A stretch of 64,000 nucleotides of DNA from Candidatus Versatilivorator sp. (GTDB lineage: Bacteria > Acidobacteriota > Terriglobia > Versatilivoradales > Versatilivoraceae), in assembly GCA_965207735.1 (NCBI GenBank), contig OZ242296.1, positions 3,520,001 through 3,584,000 of the forward strand. Reading direction: 5' to 3'. Made by a program: the position numbers and the translations under genes. Positions within the stretch are counted from its first letter, which is position 1; each line of letters starts with the position of its first letter. Under the pieces are notes generated by a model. That model did no database searches. It saw nothing but the letters and a program-made list of their open reading frames with translations, and was not told the DNA's origin. This document shows positions 33,816 to 43,686 of this stretch, in pieces.

Positions 33816-34184
33816 CTACCTGAGAGCCAGTTGAAGGATGGAAAGCAGGCTGGCGCCCGTGAAAGGCTTTGGAAGGAAGAGGATACAGCCTGAGGAAAAA
33901 CTCTTTTGGAGCATGCCGGGCTCGCTGCTGGCAGTGATCGTGATTACCGGCAGGTCCTTCATATTGGGGTCGGCTTTGATTGTTTCCGTCAACTCGGGGC
34001 CGTCCAGGCCCGGCATGAGCACGTCGGTGATGATGGCGTCGAACCTCGATCGCCTCAATCTGTCCAGGGCCTGTCGACCGTCGCCGGCCGTGGTCACGCG
34101 GTAGTTCTTTTGGGTCAGAATCGTCCGGACCAACGCCAGAATATGGGGATCGTCGTCCACAACCAGAATGTGTTTGGGGTCCAT
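33816..34184 (-). CDS. Single-domain response regulator
   Basis: ILVVDDD, TDVLMPGLDG, ITA, LPKPF. Confidence 0.92.
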   Translation of the reverse strand: MDPKHILVVDDDPHILALVRTILTQKNYRVTTAGDGRQALDRLRRSRFDAIITDVLMPGLDGPELTETIKADPNMKDLPVITITASSEPGMLQKSFSSGCILFLPKPFTGASLLSILQLALR

Positions 34185-34279
34185 GGGCGGATTCGAGATG
34201 GAGGGTTGGGGCCGGGGAGCGGCCAAAGGAGGGAGAATACGCACCATTGTAGCCGACATCGCGTGGGAAAGGGAGCGGA

Positions 34280-35137
34280 TCAACAGATCTTGCCGATGGC
34301 GGCCAGCATTCTTCCGGTGCTCCCTCGGTCCCCCCGGTAGGAATAAAAGGCGTTTCGATTGCAGCAGGTGCAGGGTGGACGGCTGAAGATGCTTTTGTCA
34401 GGGAGCCCCGCGGTTTCCAGTTGGCAGCGGCAAGCAGCCGACAGGTCCAGCAGGCGCCGGGTGTTTCCGGGATCGTGTGAAGGCCCGGTTCCGGGGGAGA
34501 GGGCCCGCCCGGGAGATTGCAAGTCCCGCCACAACTCGGGCCGGCCGGGAAAAGCCTCCTCGAAGGGCGCGGCCACATCCCGGCCCACTTCATAGCAGCA
34601 GGGGCCGATCGAGGGCCCGATGACGGCCAGGCAGTGCTCCGGATCGGAGGCATATCGGGACTGCATGCGCTCCAGGGTTCTGGGAACCACCCCTGCCAGG
34701 ATGCCTCGCCAACCGGCGTGGACGGCCGCCAGGATCCGTTTCGACCTGTCGACGATGAGCACGGGAAGGCAATCGGCCACCTGCACGGCCAAAAGCAGTC
34801 CGGGGCGATGGGTAATCAGGGCGTCTCCCTCTGCCGGCGGGGTTCCCGGCGCCAACCGGTCCAGGCAAACGACGCCGTCGGAATGGCATTGGCGCAGCCG
34901 AACCAGGGCCATGTCCCTTCCGGCCAAGCCGGTGACAGAGTCGGTCTGAATCGGGAGGGGTTTGACATCTTCTCCGGATTGCCCGAAACTCGAAGCGCTT
35001 GGCACCGGGCGGTCCCGGGAGAAGCGGTTTCGCAGGCTGAATCCGTGAACCAGCCACGGACAGGCTGCCAGCGCCGGGTGCTGCAGGAATAGACCGCCGG
35101 GGCCCAGGTCATAAGGGTCTCCTCTGTGACGAGGCAA
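34280..35137 (-). CDS. pgeF: PgeF/YfiH family protein; start uncertain, possible 5' frameshift
   Basis: HGFS, QCHS, ADCLPVL, HAGWRG, GPSIGPCCYEVG, CTCC..YSYR. Confidence 0.88.
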   Translation of the reverse strand: MPRHRGDPYDLGPGGLFLQHPALAACPWLVHGFSLRNRFSRDRPVPSASSFGQSGEDVKPLPIQTDSVTGLAGRDMALVRLRQCHSDGVVCLDRLAPGTPPAEGDALITHRPGLLLAVQVADCLPVLIVDRSKRILAAVHAGWRGILAGVVPRTLERMQSRYASDPEHCLAVIGPSIGPCCYEVGRDVAAPFEEAFPGRPELWRDLQSPGRALSPGTGPSHDPGNTRRLLDLSAACRCQLETAGLPDKSIFSRPPCTCCNRNAFYSYRGDRGSTGRMLAAIGKIC

Positions 35138-35144
35138 AAGGGTC

Positions 35145-35522
35145 GTGATCGTCGGAACCGGCATTGACCTTGTCGAGATCGGAAAGCTGAGAGCAGCCAT
35201 GGAGCGGCGGGGTGACCGCTTGCGGAACCGGATTTTCACGCCGGACGAGATCCGCTATTGCGACCGGCGCCCCAACCCCTTCCAACACTACGCAGCCCGT
35301 TTCGCCGCCAAGGAGGCTCTCTTCAAGGCTCTCGGGACGGGATGGAGCGGTGGGGTGGGTTGGCGTGATGCCGAAGTTCGCAACCGGACCAGCGGGAAAC
35401 CGGATCTGCTGCTCTCCGGCAAAGCCCTGGAGGTGGCTCGCCAATTGGGGGCGGCTCGCTACCGGGTCAGCCTGTCCCATACCGATCGCTACGCCGTGGC
35501 CCAGGTCATCCTCGAGGACTGA
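35145..35522 (+). CDS. acpS: Holo-ACP synthase
   Basis: GTGIDLVE, RFAAKEA.FKA, SLSHT. Confidence 0.95.
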   Translation: MIVGTGIDLVEIGKLRAAMERRGDRLRNRIFTPDEIRYCDRRPNPFQHYAARFAAKEALFKALGTGWSGGVGWRDAEVRNRTSGKPDLLLSGKALEVARQLGAARYRVSLSHTDRYAVAQVILED

Positions 35523-36894
35523 AGGCCCCGCTTTCCGGGGTGGCTGAAGCGAAAGCGGCGACTCCTTTCGGGGTGAGTCCCGTGACTCGCACCTGCAACA
35601 GTCGATTGGGCCGCGATTCAGCGCCGGCCACTTCGACCTGCAGGAAATTGGAGCTCAGGGCTCGCCGGGTCGTCTGTGAAGGTCCGTCCTGGAGAGTGAT
35701 CACCGGCAGATCGCGCCCCACCTGGGATTCCCGAAAGCGCCGGTTCTTGAGTTCCCCCAGCGTCCGCAACTCCAGGCTTCTCGAGGCCGCCACCGATTTG
35801 GGCACCTCCGGCTCGAGTTGGGCCGCGGCGGTGCCGGGTCGCCGGGAGAAGGGAAACACATGCAGGTAGGTCAGGGGTGAATTCCGGATCAAGTCCCGTG
35901 TCAGGGCATGATCTTCCTCAGTCTCTCCAGGGAAACCAACCATCACGTCGGCTCCGATCGCCGCTTCGGGAACCCGCCGCCGGATCTTTTTCAGCAGGTC
36001 CAGGTAGCGGGCGGCTCGGTAGGGCCGCCGCATGAGACCCAGAATGCGGCTGGAGCCGCTCTGCAGCGGAACATGAAAGTGCTTGGCCATCCTGGGAGAG
36101 GTCGCTACCAGCTCGATGATCTCGTCGGTGACTTCCAGGGGTTCGATGGAACTGAGTCGCAACCGTCTCAGGGGCTCTTCCTGAAGGAGCCGTCGGATCA
36201 GACCTGCCAGACGGGCGCCGGGCTGCAGGTCTCTTCCGTAGCCTCCCAGGTGGATGCCGGTCAGCACGATTTCCTTGTAGCCCTGATTCATCAGGTGACG
36301 GCTCTGCCGAAGCACCTCCTCCAGGGGCAGGCTGCGCGAGTCGCCTCGCACATACGGAATCACACAATAGGAACATCGATAGCTGCAGCCGTCCTGCACC
36401 TTCAGAAAAGCCCGGGTTCGGTCTCCCCCCGACATGTCGGCAATGGATCGCAGCTCCCGGGACTCGAAGATGCTGCTGCAGTAAACCTCGGCGCCGCCGG
36501 GCAGTCGTGCCTCTGCCTCGGCGCAATCGGCGGGAACGTGGACGGGCAGGTGTTTTTCCGTGACCAGAGCAGCCAGTTGCTGTTTGTGGGAGTTGCCCAC
36601 CACGCAGCTGACACCCTCCATTCGGGCGATTTCCTCGGGCGCACGCTGAGCGTAACAACCGGTGACCACGATGCGGGCGCCGGGGTTTTGGCGGTGAATC
36701 CTCCGGATCGCCTGACGGGCCTGGGCATCGGCAGTCCGAGTGACGGTGCAAGTGTTGATGACTACGACGTCTGAGGCCTCTCCCTTGCGACTCTTCTCCA
36801 GGTTCTTCCGAAGAAGCGCTTGCTCGAGGGCAGCTCCATCCGACTGGCTGGCCCGGCAGCCGAAGTTGAGGACCGAAAATGTTGGGTTTCCCAT
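35506..36894 (-). CDS. mtaB: tRNA t6A37 methylthiotransferase
   Basis: FGC, NTCTVT, GCYAQ, radical-SAM KVQDGCSYRCSYC, SSIEP, YLHVFPFS. Confidence 0.92.
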   Translation of the reverse strand: MGNPTFSVLNFGCRASQSDGAALEQALLRKNLEKSRKGEASDVVVINTCTVTRTADAQARQAIRRIHRQNPGARIVVTGCYAQRAPEEIARMEGVSCVVGNSHKQQLAALVTEKHLPVHVPADCAEAEARLPGGAEVYCSSIFESRELRSIADMSGGDRTRAFLKVQDGCSYRCSYCVIPYVRGDSRSLPLEEVLRQSRHLMNQGYKEIVLTGIHLGGYGRDLQPGARLAGLIRRLLQEEPLRRLRLSSIEPLEVTDEIIELVATSPRMAKHFHVPLQSGSSRILGLMRRPYRAARYLDLLKKIRRRVPEAAIGADVMVGFPGETEEDHALTRDLIRNSPLTYLHVFPFSRRPGTAAAQLEPEVPKSVAASRSLELRTLGELKNRRFRESQVGRDLPVITLQDGPSQTTRRALSSNFLQVEVAGAESRPNRLLQVRVTGLTPKGVAAFASATPESGAFSPRG

Positions 36895-37034
36895 TGAAGA
36901 AATTCCGAAAGTTCCTAGACGTGGCTGACCGGCACGCCCGAGCTCGGCCAGGGTCCCGGGGCAGTCCTCGGGATTGCCCGCTCCGGGGTCGCGATCCCGG
37001 CAAGTCACCCCTGATCGCAACCTGACCCTGCTCG

Positions 37035-37072
37035 TTGACAGCTTGAAGCCGCCGCACTAAATTCCCTATAAT
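37035..37072 (+). promoter_or_regulatory. Putative lepB promoter
   Basis: TTGACA-N17-TAAATT and overlapping TTGAAG-N18-TATAAT. Confidence 0.6.
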
Positions 37073-37123
37073 AGCAGAACCGATTCAGAGGAGTTCCCGC
37101 CATTGCGGGGCTTTGGGGGATGG

Positions 37124-37864
37124 ATGCCCGAGGAGACCGAAAATCTCATTCAAGACCGCCCGGTCGAGGAGCGGGCCAACCTGAAACCAGGGACCCCACG
37201 GCGCAAGAGCGCGGCCCGTGAGTGGCTCGAAAGCTTGGCGTTCAGCCTGGTTTTCGTGTTCTTCTTCACCAAATTCATCGCTCAGGCCACTCAGGTGCCG
37301 ACCGAGTCGATGAAGCCCACGATTCTGGTTGGGGATCATTTCTTTCTGGACAAGTTCGCCTTCCCCGCCAACTACCCGGATTTCCTCCTGAACATTCTTC
37401 CCGATCGGGAGATAGAGCGGGGAGATATCGTGGCCTTCAAGCCTCCTCATGATCCCAGCGTGCCCTTCATAAAGCGGGTGATCGGCCTTCCCGGCGAGAC
37501 CCTGGAGGTCAGGGACAGGGCAGTCTTCATCGACGGCAGCAGACTCGAGGAGCCCTATCAGTACTTCGACCTGGAGGAGGACCGTTACGCGCCCAAGGAT
37601 TACCACGGACCGGTCCTGATTCCGCCGGACCACTACTTCATGATGGGCGATAACCGGGACAATAGCCACGACAGCCGGTATTGGGGACCGGTGCCAAGCA
37701 GAAACATCATCGGGAAACCCCTGTTTATCTACTGGTCCTACGACGACGACCCTTACGATCCCACCCCCAAATCCGTTCTGCAGCACGCCAGTGAATACGG
37801 AAGCAAGGCCCTCAACTTCTTCAGCAGAACCCGCTGGTCCCGAACCGGTATGGTCTTGAAGTAA
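37124..37864 (+). CDS. lepB: Signal peptidase I
   Basis: TESMKPT, FIKRVIGLPG, GDNRDNSHDSR. Confidence 0.96.
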   Translation: MPEETENLIQDRPVEERANLKPGTPRRKSAAREWLESLAFSLVFVFFFTKFIAQATQVPTESMKPTILVGDHFFLDKFAFPANYPDFLLNILPDREIERGDIVAFKPPHDPSVPFIKRVIGLPGETLEVRDRAVFIDGSRLEEPYQYFDLEEDRYAPKDYHGPVLIPPDHYFMMGDNRDNSHDSRYWGPVPSRNIIGKPLFIYWSYDDDPYDPTPKSVLQHASEYGSKALNFFSRTRWSRTGMVLK

Positions 37865-37894
37865 TCCGCCGACCGCACGGATCTCACGCCTCCC

Positions 37895-37910
37895 GGTGAG
37901 AAATGCGGGC
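37895..37910 (-). repeat. Solo MITE TIR, head-to-head with copy B
   Basis: GGTGAGAAATGCGGGC immediately followed by CA and GCCCGCATTTCTCA. Confidence 0.8.
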
Positions 37911-37912
37911 CA

Positions 37913-39026
37913 GCCCGCATTTCTCAGTGCGCCATGGAAAGGCGCCTTCTTCCAACGGGTGCGAAACCCGTCCAACAACTGTCGCTCCGGTTGGTAGCAG
38001 CCAGGGCGGATCATGGAGGTAACGATATGGTCTGAAGCCCTCTGGTGTCAAAGGGCCGCTTAAGGCGGTTCAGCGAGCATGCGGGCCGGAACGCGAGTGA
38101 ACGTCGAGCAGGCCTCGAAACGGGCAATGCGGGGGCCGACCCACCTGAGAAATGGGGAAGGCCGAAGACGGAGGGGGAAGCGAGCGACGCGGGCACCCCT
38201 TTGGACCCGCCGGGGTAGTGGCGCTGGCACGCATGGAAGGGGAAGAAGGCAGCAACATGGGAAGCCCTGTGGGTGGTGAGGCACGCACCGAACCGGAAGC
38301 TCGCGAGAGTCAGTCTAGGCCGACAGGGTGGCGGAGAGGCCTGTAGTACCGGAGAAGCCGGGTAATACCGGTGGAGGGAAGGGGCCTCAGGTGAGGAGCG
38401 GTGACCGAAGGGGGAAGGGTCCCGGGAGTGGCGAAAGCCTGAAACCCCGACCAAAAAAGGGCCGGAGACTCCGGAAGCATCACATGCAAAAGTGAAAGGG
38501 TCGTCGGAGGAGGACGGCGTCGTCAGGGCATCAACAGGCCTGGCGGCAACCCGGGAGCGGAAGTGGATGGAGTGGGGGACGGGTGCCAATCCCATAGGAG
38601 TCGTCCACGGATGCGAGCGGGGACCTGTGTGCGAGACGCATGATCCCACTGGAGAGCCGAGATGCGGGAAAACCGCACGTCCGGTTCGGAGAGCGGGGAC
38701 TGGAAACGTGATAAGGGAGCCGGACTGAGGCCCGAAGCGAAAGCGACGGAATAGCCACCGGACCCTATAGTCAACGCGCCAGTCCTCGACTCTACCCAGG
38801 CCGCTGGTGCCTTGACGAAAAGTAGTTTATCTTCAGTACGTTGATTGGCTCCATGGTAAGGACTTGCGGGTAACAGACGGCGCTGGGCATGCCCTGGCTT
38901 GTCTTTTTCCCTTCAGCGCGCACATGCTCCCTCGCGCGTAGTGACCGCTACGCTCTTCGGTCGCGAGCACGCGCTGAAGGGAAAAACCCTGCGCCATGAT
39001 CATGCCCCCTGGTGAGAAATGCGGGC
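37913..39026 (-). mobile_element. MITE copy B (245 bp: 37913-37926 + 38796-39026), split by a group II intron
   Basis: Removing 37927-38795 restores a near-exact reverse complement of copy A. CCAG present on both flanks (37910-37913, 39026-39029). Confidence 0.92.
37927..38795 (+). mobile_element. ORF-less group II intron (869 nt)
   Basis: 5' GTGCG; domain V GAGCCGAGATGCGGGAAAACCGCACGTCCGGTTC (38654-38687); domain VI with bulged A38789 and 3' ...CTCTAC; EBS1 TGAGAAA (38146-38152) complementary to IBS1 TTTCTCA (37920-37926); no RT ORF. Confidence 0.95.
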
Positions 39027-40463
39027 CAGCAACCTGTCGGCGCACTGCTCGGCCCGCCGAACACAGTCCGGGATGCCAATGCCGGTGAGCCCGTTTCCGG
39101 CCAGTTGCAGGGATGGCCATTTGAGCGTCCGGCTCTCTATCCGGGCCACCAAGTCGAGGTGGCCGACGCCATACTGGGGTATGCCCTCGGGGTGGCGTTC
39201 CACCCGGCTTAGCAGAGGAGCGCGAGTGATGCCCAGCAAATCTCCAAGGGTCCGCCGGACCCGTGCAATCAACTCCCGATCGTCACACTCCAGCGTTTCC
39301 GGGTGCAGCGCTCCGCCCACGAAGGCTCGCAAGAGCGCCCCGCTCCCGGGGGCGCGTCCGGAAAACTTGCGGTGGCTGTAGCTGCAGGCCAGCATCGCCC
39401 CCTTTTCCACGGCCGGAACCAGGAAGCCAAACCCATCCATGGCGGCGGGAATGTCCTCGGCCGAGTAGGCCAGGTTTACGGTTGCCGTGGGGGCGTGTTC
39501 CACGCTTCTCAACTTTGCCGCCAGGTCGGGATCCAGCACCTCCAACAAACCGGCCGAGCGGTGGGCCGGAAGGGCAAGACAGATCCCGTCGGCCTGGATC
39601 GGAGCCCCCTTCTCCAGCTCGATCTCCCAAGTGCGGGTCTGGTCGTGCCGCCGCAGCGAGACTACCTTGCAACCCAAACGGATCGACGGGGCCGGAATGC
39701 TTTCCACCAGCCGCTCCACCAGCCGTTGCATCCCCTGATCCAGGGAGACGAAAAGACCATAGCGAGGTCCGGCAGGGTGATCCGCCGCCGGAGACGGTTG
39801 CCGCTTGCGATCCCGCCACATGGCCAGCAGGAGGCTGCGGTGCCGTTGTTCCATTTCGAGGAACTGAGGGAAGGTTGCCCTCAGACCCAGCTTTTCCGGA
39901 TCGGCGGTATAGATCCCTCCCACCAGCGGCTGGGCCAGCCGTTCCAGGGCCTCGCTTCCAAGGCGGCGCCGAACGAATGCGGCCAGGCTCTCATCCTCGC
40001 CGGTTGAAAGGAACCGCCGGCGCGGCAGCACGAGATCGGCCGCCATGCGGATCTTGCCCGCCCAACTCAGAAGAGGCGAGGCGGCAAAGGATCCGAATCG
40101 ATAGGGAGCGATCAGGTGGAACCCCTCCGGAACAGGCAGCAGTTTCCCGCCCCGCAGGATGAAGGTCCTGCGATGGAGGGGAGAGGTGCCGATGAGGCTC
40201 GGCTCCAGACCCAGGCGGCGGCAGAGATCCACCGCCCAGGGCTTTTCGGAAATGAAGGAGTCGGGCCCGCCTTCCAGCAGATATCCTTGCTCCCTTACGG
40301 TGTGGATCACTCCCCCCAGGCGCCGGCCCGCTTCCAACAAGTCCAGGCGGATGGCTTGATTCAGCCGTGAGGCTCCTTCCAGCAACCGATGAGCCGCGGC
40401 CAACCCGGAGATTCCTCCACCAACCACAACCAGCCGGTACGAAGGCTTTGACCTGGAGTTCAC
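39000..40463 (-). CDS. hemG: Protoporphyrinogen/coproporphyrinogen III oxidase (HemY/HemG family)
   Basis: VVGGGISGLAAA, EGGPDSF, PQYGVGH, GIGIPDCV. Last residues come from MITE copy B. Confidence 0.92.
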   Translation of the reverse strand: MNSRSKPSYRLVVVGGGISGLAAAHRLLEGASRLNQAIRLDLLEAGRRLGGVIHTVREQGYLLEGGPDSFISEKPWAVDLCRRLGLEPSLIGTSPLHRRTFILRGGKLLPVPEGFHLIAPYRFGSFAASPLLSWAGKIRMAADLVLPRRRFLSTGEDESLAAFVRRRLGSEALERLAQPLVGGIYTADPEKLGLRATFPQFLEMEQRHRSLLLAMWRDRKRQPSPAADHPAGPRYGLFVSLDQGMQRLVERLVESIPAPSIRLGCKVVSLRRHDQTRTWEIELEKGAPIQADGICLALPAHRSAGLLEVLDPDLAAKLRSVEHAPTATVNLAYSAEDIPAAMDGFGFLVPAVEKGAMLACSYSHRKFSGRAPGSGALLRAFVGGALHPETLECDDRELIARVRRTLGDLLGITRAPLLSRVERHPEGIPQYGVGHLDLVARIESRTLKWPSLQLAGNGLTGIGIPDCVRRAEQCADRLLARISHQGA

Positions 40464-40669
40464 GGGAGAATGACCGCCTTGAGGGAGAGAGGTGGAATGT
40501 GCAGAAGCCGTCAATTCGACACTATAGGAGGCGGTCGATGGCACTGTCAAACCGGTTGAGGGGACGCAAATGCGCTTTCCTGGGCGCCAGCCGGGACCGT
40601 TCCGGTCCTCCCTGCGAAGAGGGTTTGCAACCCTTGGCCGGCAGCGCTTGCGGCCTTCCGGCTGACGCC

Positions 40670-40697
40670 TTGACATTGTCTTCAATCCCCTCATAAT
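40670..40697 (+). promoter_or_regulatory. Putative secA promoter
   Basis: TTGACA-N16-CATAAT. Confidence 0.55.
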
Positions 40698-40730
40698 TAA
40701 GATTTCCGACGGCAAGGCAAGGGGCCATTC

Positions 40731-43661
40731 TTGGTTATCGACACCCTTCTCAAATCAGTCTTCGGCAGCAAGCACCAGCGGGACATCAAGGCCATTCAAC
40801 CCACGGTTGATCGGATCAATGCCCTGGAGACCTCCGTCTCGAGCCAGACGGACGAGGAGTTGCGGGCCAACACCGGCCGGCTCAAGACACGGTTGGCCGG
40901 CGGCGAAACCCTTGAGGACCTGCTCCCGGAAGCGTTCGCCGTAGTTCGGGAGGCTTCCAGGCGGGTGCTCAAAATGAGGCACTTTGACGTGCAGCTCATG
41001 GGCGGCGTGGTCCTGCATCAGGGAAAGATCGCCGAGATGAAGACGGGAGAGGGCAAGACCCTGGTCGCGACCCTGCCGGTCTACCTGAACAGCCTGGAAG
41101 GGAAGGGTGTGCACGTCATCACCGTCAACGACTACCTGGCTCGCCGCGACGCCGAGTGGATGGGCAAGGTCTATCGCTTCCTGGGCCTGTCGGTAGGGGT
41201 GATTCAGCATGATATGGACGACGATCAGCGCCGCAACGCCTACGGCTGCGACGTGACCTACGGCACCAACAACGAGTTCGGGTTCGACTATCTCCGCGAC
41301 AATATGAAGTTCGAGATCAGCGACCGTGTTCAGAGAAAGCATCACTACGCCATCGTGGACGAAGTCGACTCCATCCTGATCGACGAAGCCCGAACGCCTC
41401 TGATCATCTCTGGGCCGGTCGAGAGTTCCCAGCAGAAGACCTACATGGCCATGCGGCCGTTGGCTGAGCGCATCCGTGCCCAGCAGACGAAGTTTCTCGG
41501 CCGCGCCTTGCGAGAGTCCCTCCAGCAAATCGACTCCGACGGCCAGGCCAGCGAGGAAACCTTGGAGCAGCTGCTTTTGGTCAAGCGCGGCGATCCCAAG
41601 AATCGGCAGTATCTGGACCTGCTGGTCAAGCACCGGGATCTGAAAAAGAAGATCGAACAGGTCGAAGGCCAGCTCATGAGCAACAAGCAGCTCTCCGAGT
41701 TCGACAACCAGCTCTACTGCTTCATCGACGAGAAGTCGCACAACGTCGAGATCACCGAGAAAGGACAGGAATTTCTGGCGGGCGGTCGAATGGAGGACTA
41801 CATCATTCCCGACCCGGACGACCCGGACTACACCGAGAAGCGCTACGTCGAAGTCACCGAGCGCCTGCACACCATTCAGCAGTTGGTCAAGGCCTACTGG
41901 CTCTACGAGAAAGATGTCCACTACGTCGTCAACGACAACAAGGTCACGATTGTCGACGAGTTTACAGGTCGTCTCATGCCGGGCCGCCGCTGGAGCGACG
42001 GACTGCACGAAGCGGTGGAAGCCAAGGAGCGGGTCAAGATCGAAAGGGAGAATCAGACCCTGGCGACGGTCACTTTCCAGAACTATTTCCGCATGTACGG
42101 GAAACTGGCCGGAATGACCGGGACGGCGGATACCGAAGCCATGGAGTTCAGCAAGATCTACAAACTGGAGGTGGTGGTGGCTCCTCCCAACAGGCCCATG
42201 ATCCGCATGGATTACCCCGACGTGGTCTATCGCACCGAGCCGGAGAAGTTCAGAGCGGTCGTGGAGGAGATCCGGGAGCTGCACCAGAAGGGGCAACCGG
42301 TGCTGGTGGGAACCATTTCCATCGAAAAGTCGGAACGATTGGGCGGCTTGCTCAAGAAGGCAGGGGTCAAGCACGTGGTGCTGAACGCCAAGTACCACGA
42401 GAAGGAAGCCGAGATCGTGGCCCAGGCAGGACGCAAGGGGGCGGTGACCATCGCCACCAACATGGCGGGCCGCGGGACGGATATCGTGCTGGGCGGCAAC
42501 GCCGAGTTCTTGGCCAGGGAACGCTTGCGCAAGCAGAATGTGAACTTGGCCGAGCTTACCCAGGAGCAGTGGGAGAAGGCCCTCGGAGACATCGAACAGG
42601 AGTTTCAGCGGGGTCGAGAGCAGGTGATCGCTGCCGGGGGGCTGCACATCCTGGGAACGGAGCGCCACGAGTCCCGGCGCATCGACAACCAGTTGCGAGG
42701 CCGCTCCGGGCGCCAGGGGGATGTGGGAAGCTCCCGTTTCTACCTCTCGCTGGAGGACGATCTCATGAGGATCTTCGCCAGCGAGAAGGTGTCCAGCATC
42801 ATGCAGCGTTTGGGGATGGAGGAGGACGTTCCCATTGAATCACGTCTGATCAGCAAGAGGATAGAATCGGCTCAAAAGCAGGTCGAGGGTCACAACTTCA
42901 GCATCCGCAAACACCTGCTGGAATATGACGACGTCATGAACCAGCAACGCAAGACGATCTACGGACTGAGGGAGCAGTTCCTGGGCACGACCGACCAGAA
43001 AGAGTACCTGCTGCAGTTGAGCGAGGACGTGATCGGCGGGTTCATCGACAGCTACTGCGGCGCCGATAGCGATCCGGAGGAATGGGACGGCGAAGGGCTT
43101 CGCAAGGCCGTCGCCCAGCAGTTCGGTCTGGATCTGCGTCACGACAACATCCGGGTCGAGGAACTCAATCGCGAGGAGCTGCTTCAGGCCATTTGCGCCA
43201 AGGCCAGAGAGAAATACGAACGCAAGGACGAGGAAATCGGCTCGCCGCAGATGCGCCAGTACGAACGACTGATTCTACTCAACGTCCTGGATGCACATTG
43301 GAAGGACCACCTTCTGGCGATGGACCAGTTGAAGGAAGGGATCGGATTGAGGGGCTATGGCCAGAGAGATCCGCTGGTGGAATACAAGAAGGAATCCTTC
43401 GCTACCTTTACACAGATGATGGACGGTATCGAGGAGCAGAGCCTACGGTATCTCTATCTGCTCCAACCGGTTGAAGACAAGGACAAGGTTCGCGAGATGG
43501 AGCGCCGCCAGCGCAAACAGGAATTGGTGATGGGGCCTGCCGAGGAAGCGCCCGAGCCGCGCAGGCCCGTCATTCGGGGGCCCAAGATCGGCCGCAACCA
43601 CCCGTGTCCCTGCGGTAGCGGCAAGAAGTACAAGAAGTGTTGCGCGCTGACTCCGGCCTGA
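40731..43661 (+). CDS. secA: Preprotein translocase subunit SecA
   Basis: [40 protein letters not shown]-terminal [13 protein letters not shown]. Confidence 0.99.
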   Translation: MVIDTLLKSVFGSKHQRDIKAIQPTVDRINALETSVSSQTDEELRANTGRLKTRLAGGETLEDLLPEAFAVVREASRRVLKMRHFDVQLMGGVVLHQGKIAEMKTGEGKTLVATLPVYLNSLEGKGVHVITVNDYLARRDAEWMGKVYRFLGLSVGVIQHDMDDDQRRNAYGCDVTYGTNNEFGFDYLRDNMKFEISDRVQRKHHYAIVDEVDSILIDEARTPLIISGPVESSQQKTYMAMRPLAERIRAQQTKFLGRALRESLQQIDSDGQASEETLEQLLLVKRGDPKNRQYLDLLVKHRDLKKKIEQVEGQLMSNKQLSEFDNQLYCFIDEKSHNVEITEKGQEFLAGGRMEDYIIPDPDDPDYTEKRYVEVTERLHTIQQLVKAYWLYEKDVHYVVNDNKVTIVDEFTGRLMPGRRWSDGLHEAVEAKERVKIERENQTLATVTFQNYFRMYGKLAGMTGTADTEAMEFSKIYKLEVVVAPPNRPMIRMDYPDVVYRTEPEKFRAVVEEIRELHQKGQPVLVGTISIEKSERLGGLLKKAGVKHVVLNAKYHEKEAEIVAQAGRKGAVTIATNMAGRGTDIVLGGNAEFLARERLRKQNVNLAELTQEQWEKALGDIEQEFQRGREQVIAAGGLHILGTERHESRRIDNQLRGRSGRQGDVGSSRFYLSLEDDLMRIFASEKVSSIMQRLGMEEDVPIESRLISKRIESAQKQVEGHNFSIRKHLLEYDDVMNQQRKTIYGLREQFLGTTDQKEYLLQLSEDVIGGFIDSYCGADSDPEEWDGEGLRKAVAQQFGLDLRHDNIRVEELNREELLQAICAKAREKYERKDEEIGSPQMRQYERLILLNVLDAHWKDHLLAMDQLKEGIGLRGYGQRDPLVEYKKESFATFTQMMDGIEEQSLRYLYLLQPVEDKDKVREMERRQRKQELVMGPAEEAPEPRRPVIRGPKIGRNHPCPCGSGKKYKKCCALTPA

Positions 43662-43686
43662 CGAGGCAAACGCTCAGGGAGTGTCC

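Noticed and set aside
38078-38090. GCGGGC as EBS2 complementary to the GCCCGC of the TIR
   Set aside because: It lies in what appears to be a domain I helix (GGCC pairing with 38111-38114), so the match is probably coincidental; not claimed without a fold.
38011-38774. Short ORFs within the intron as an intron-encoded protein
   Set aside because: No RT motifs such as YADD; they are translations of ribozyme sequence.
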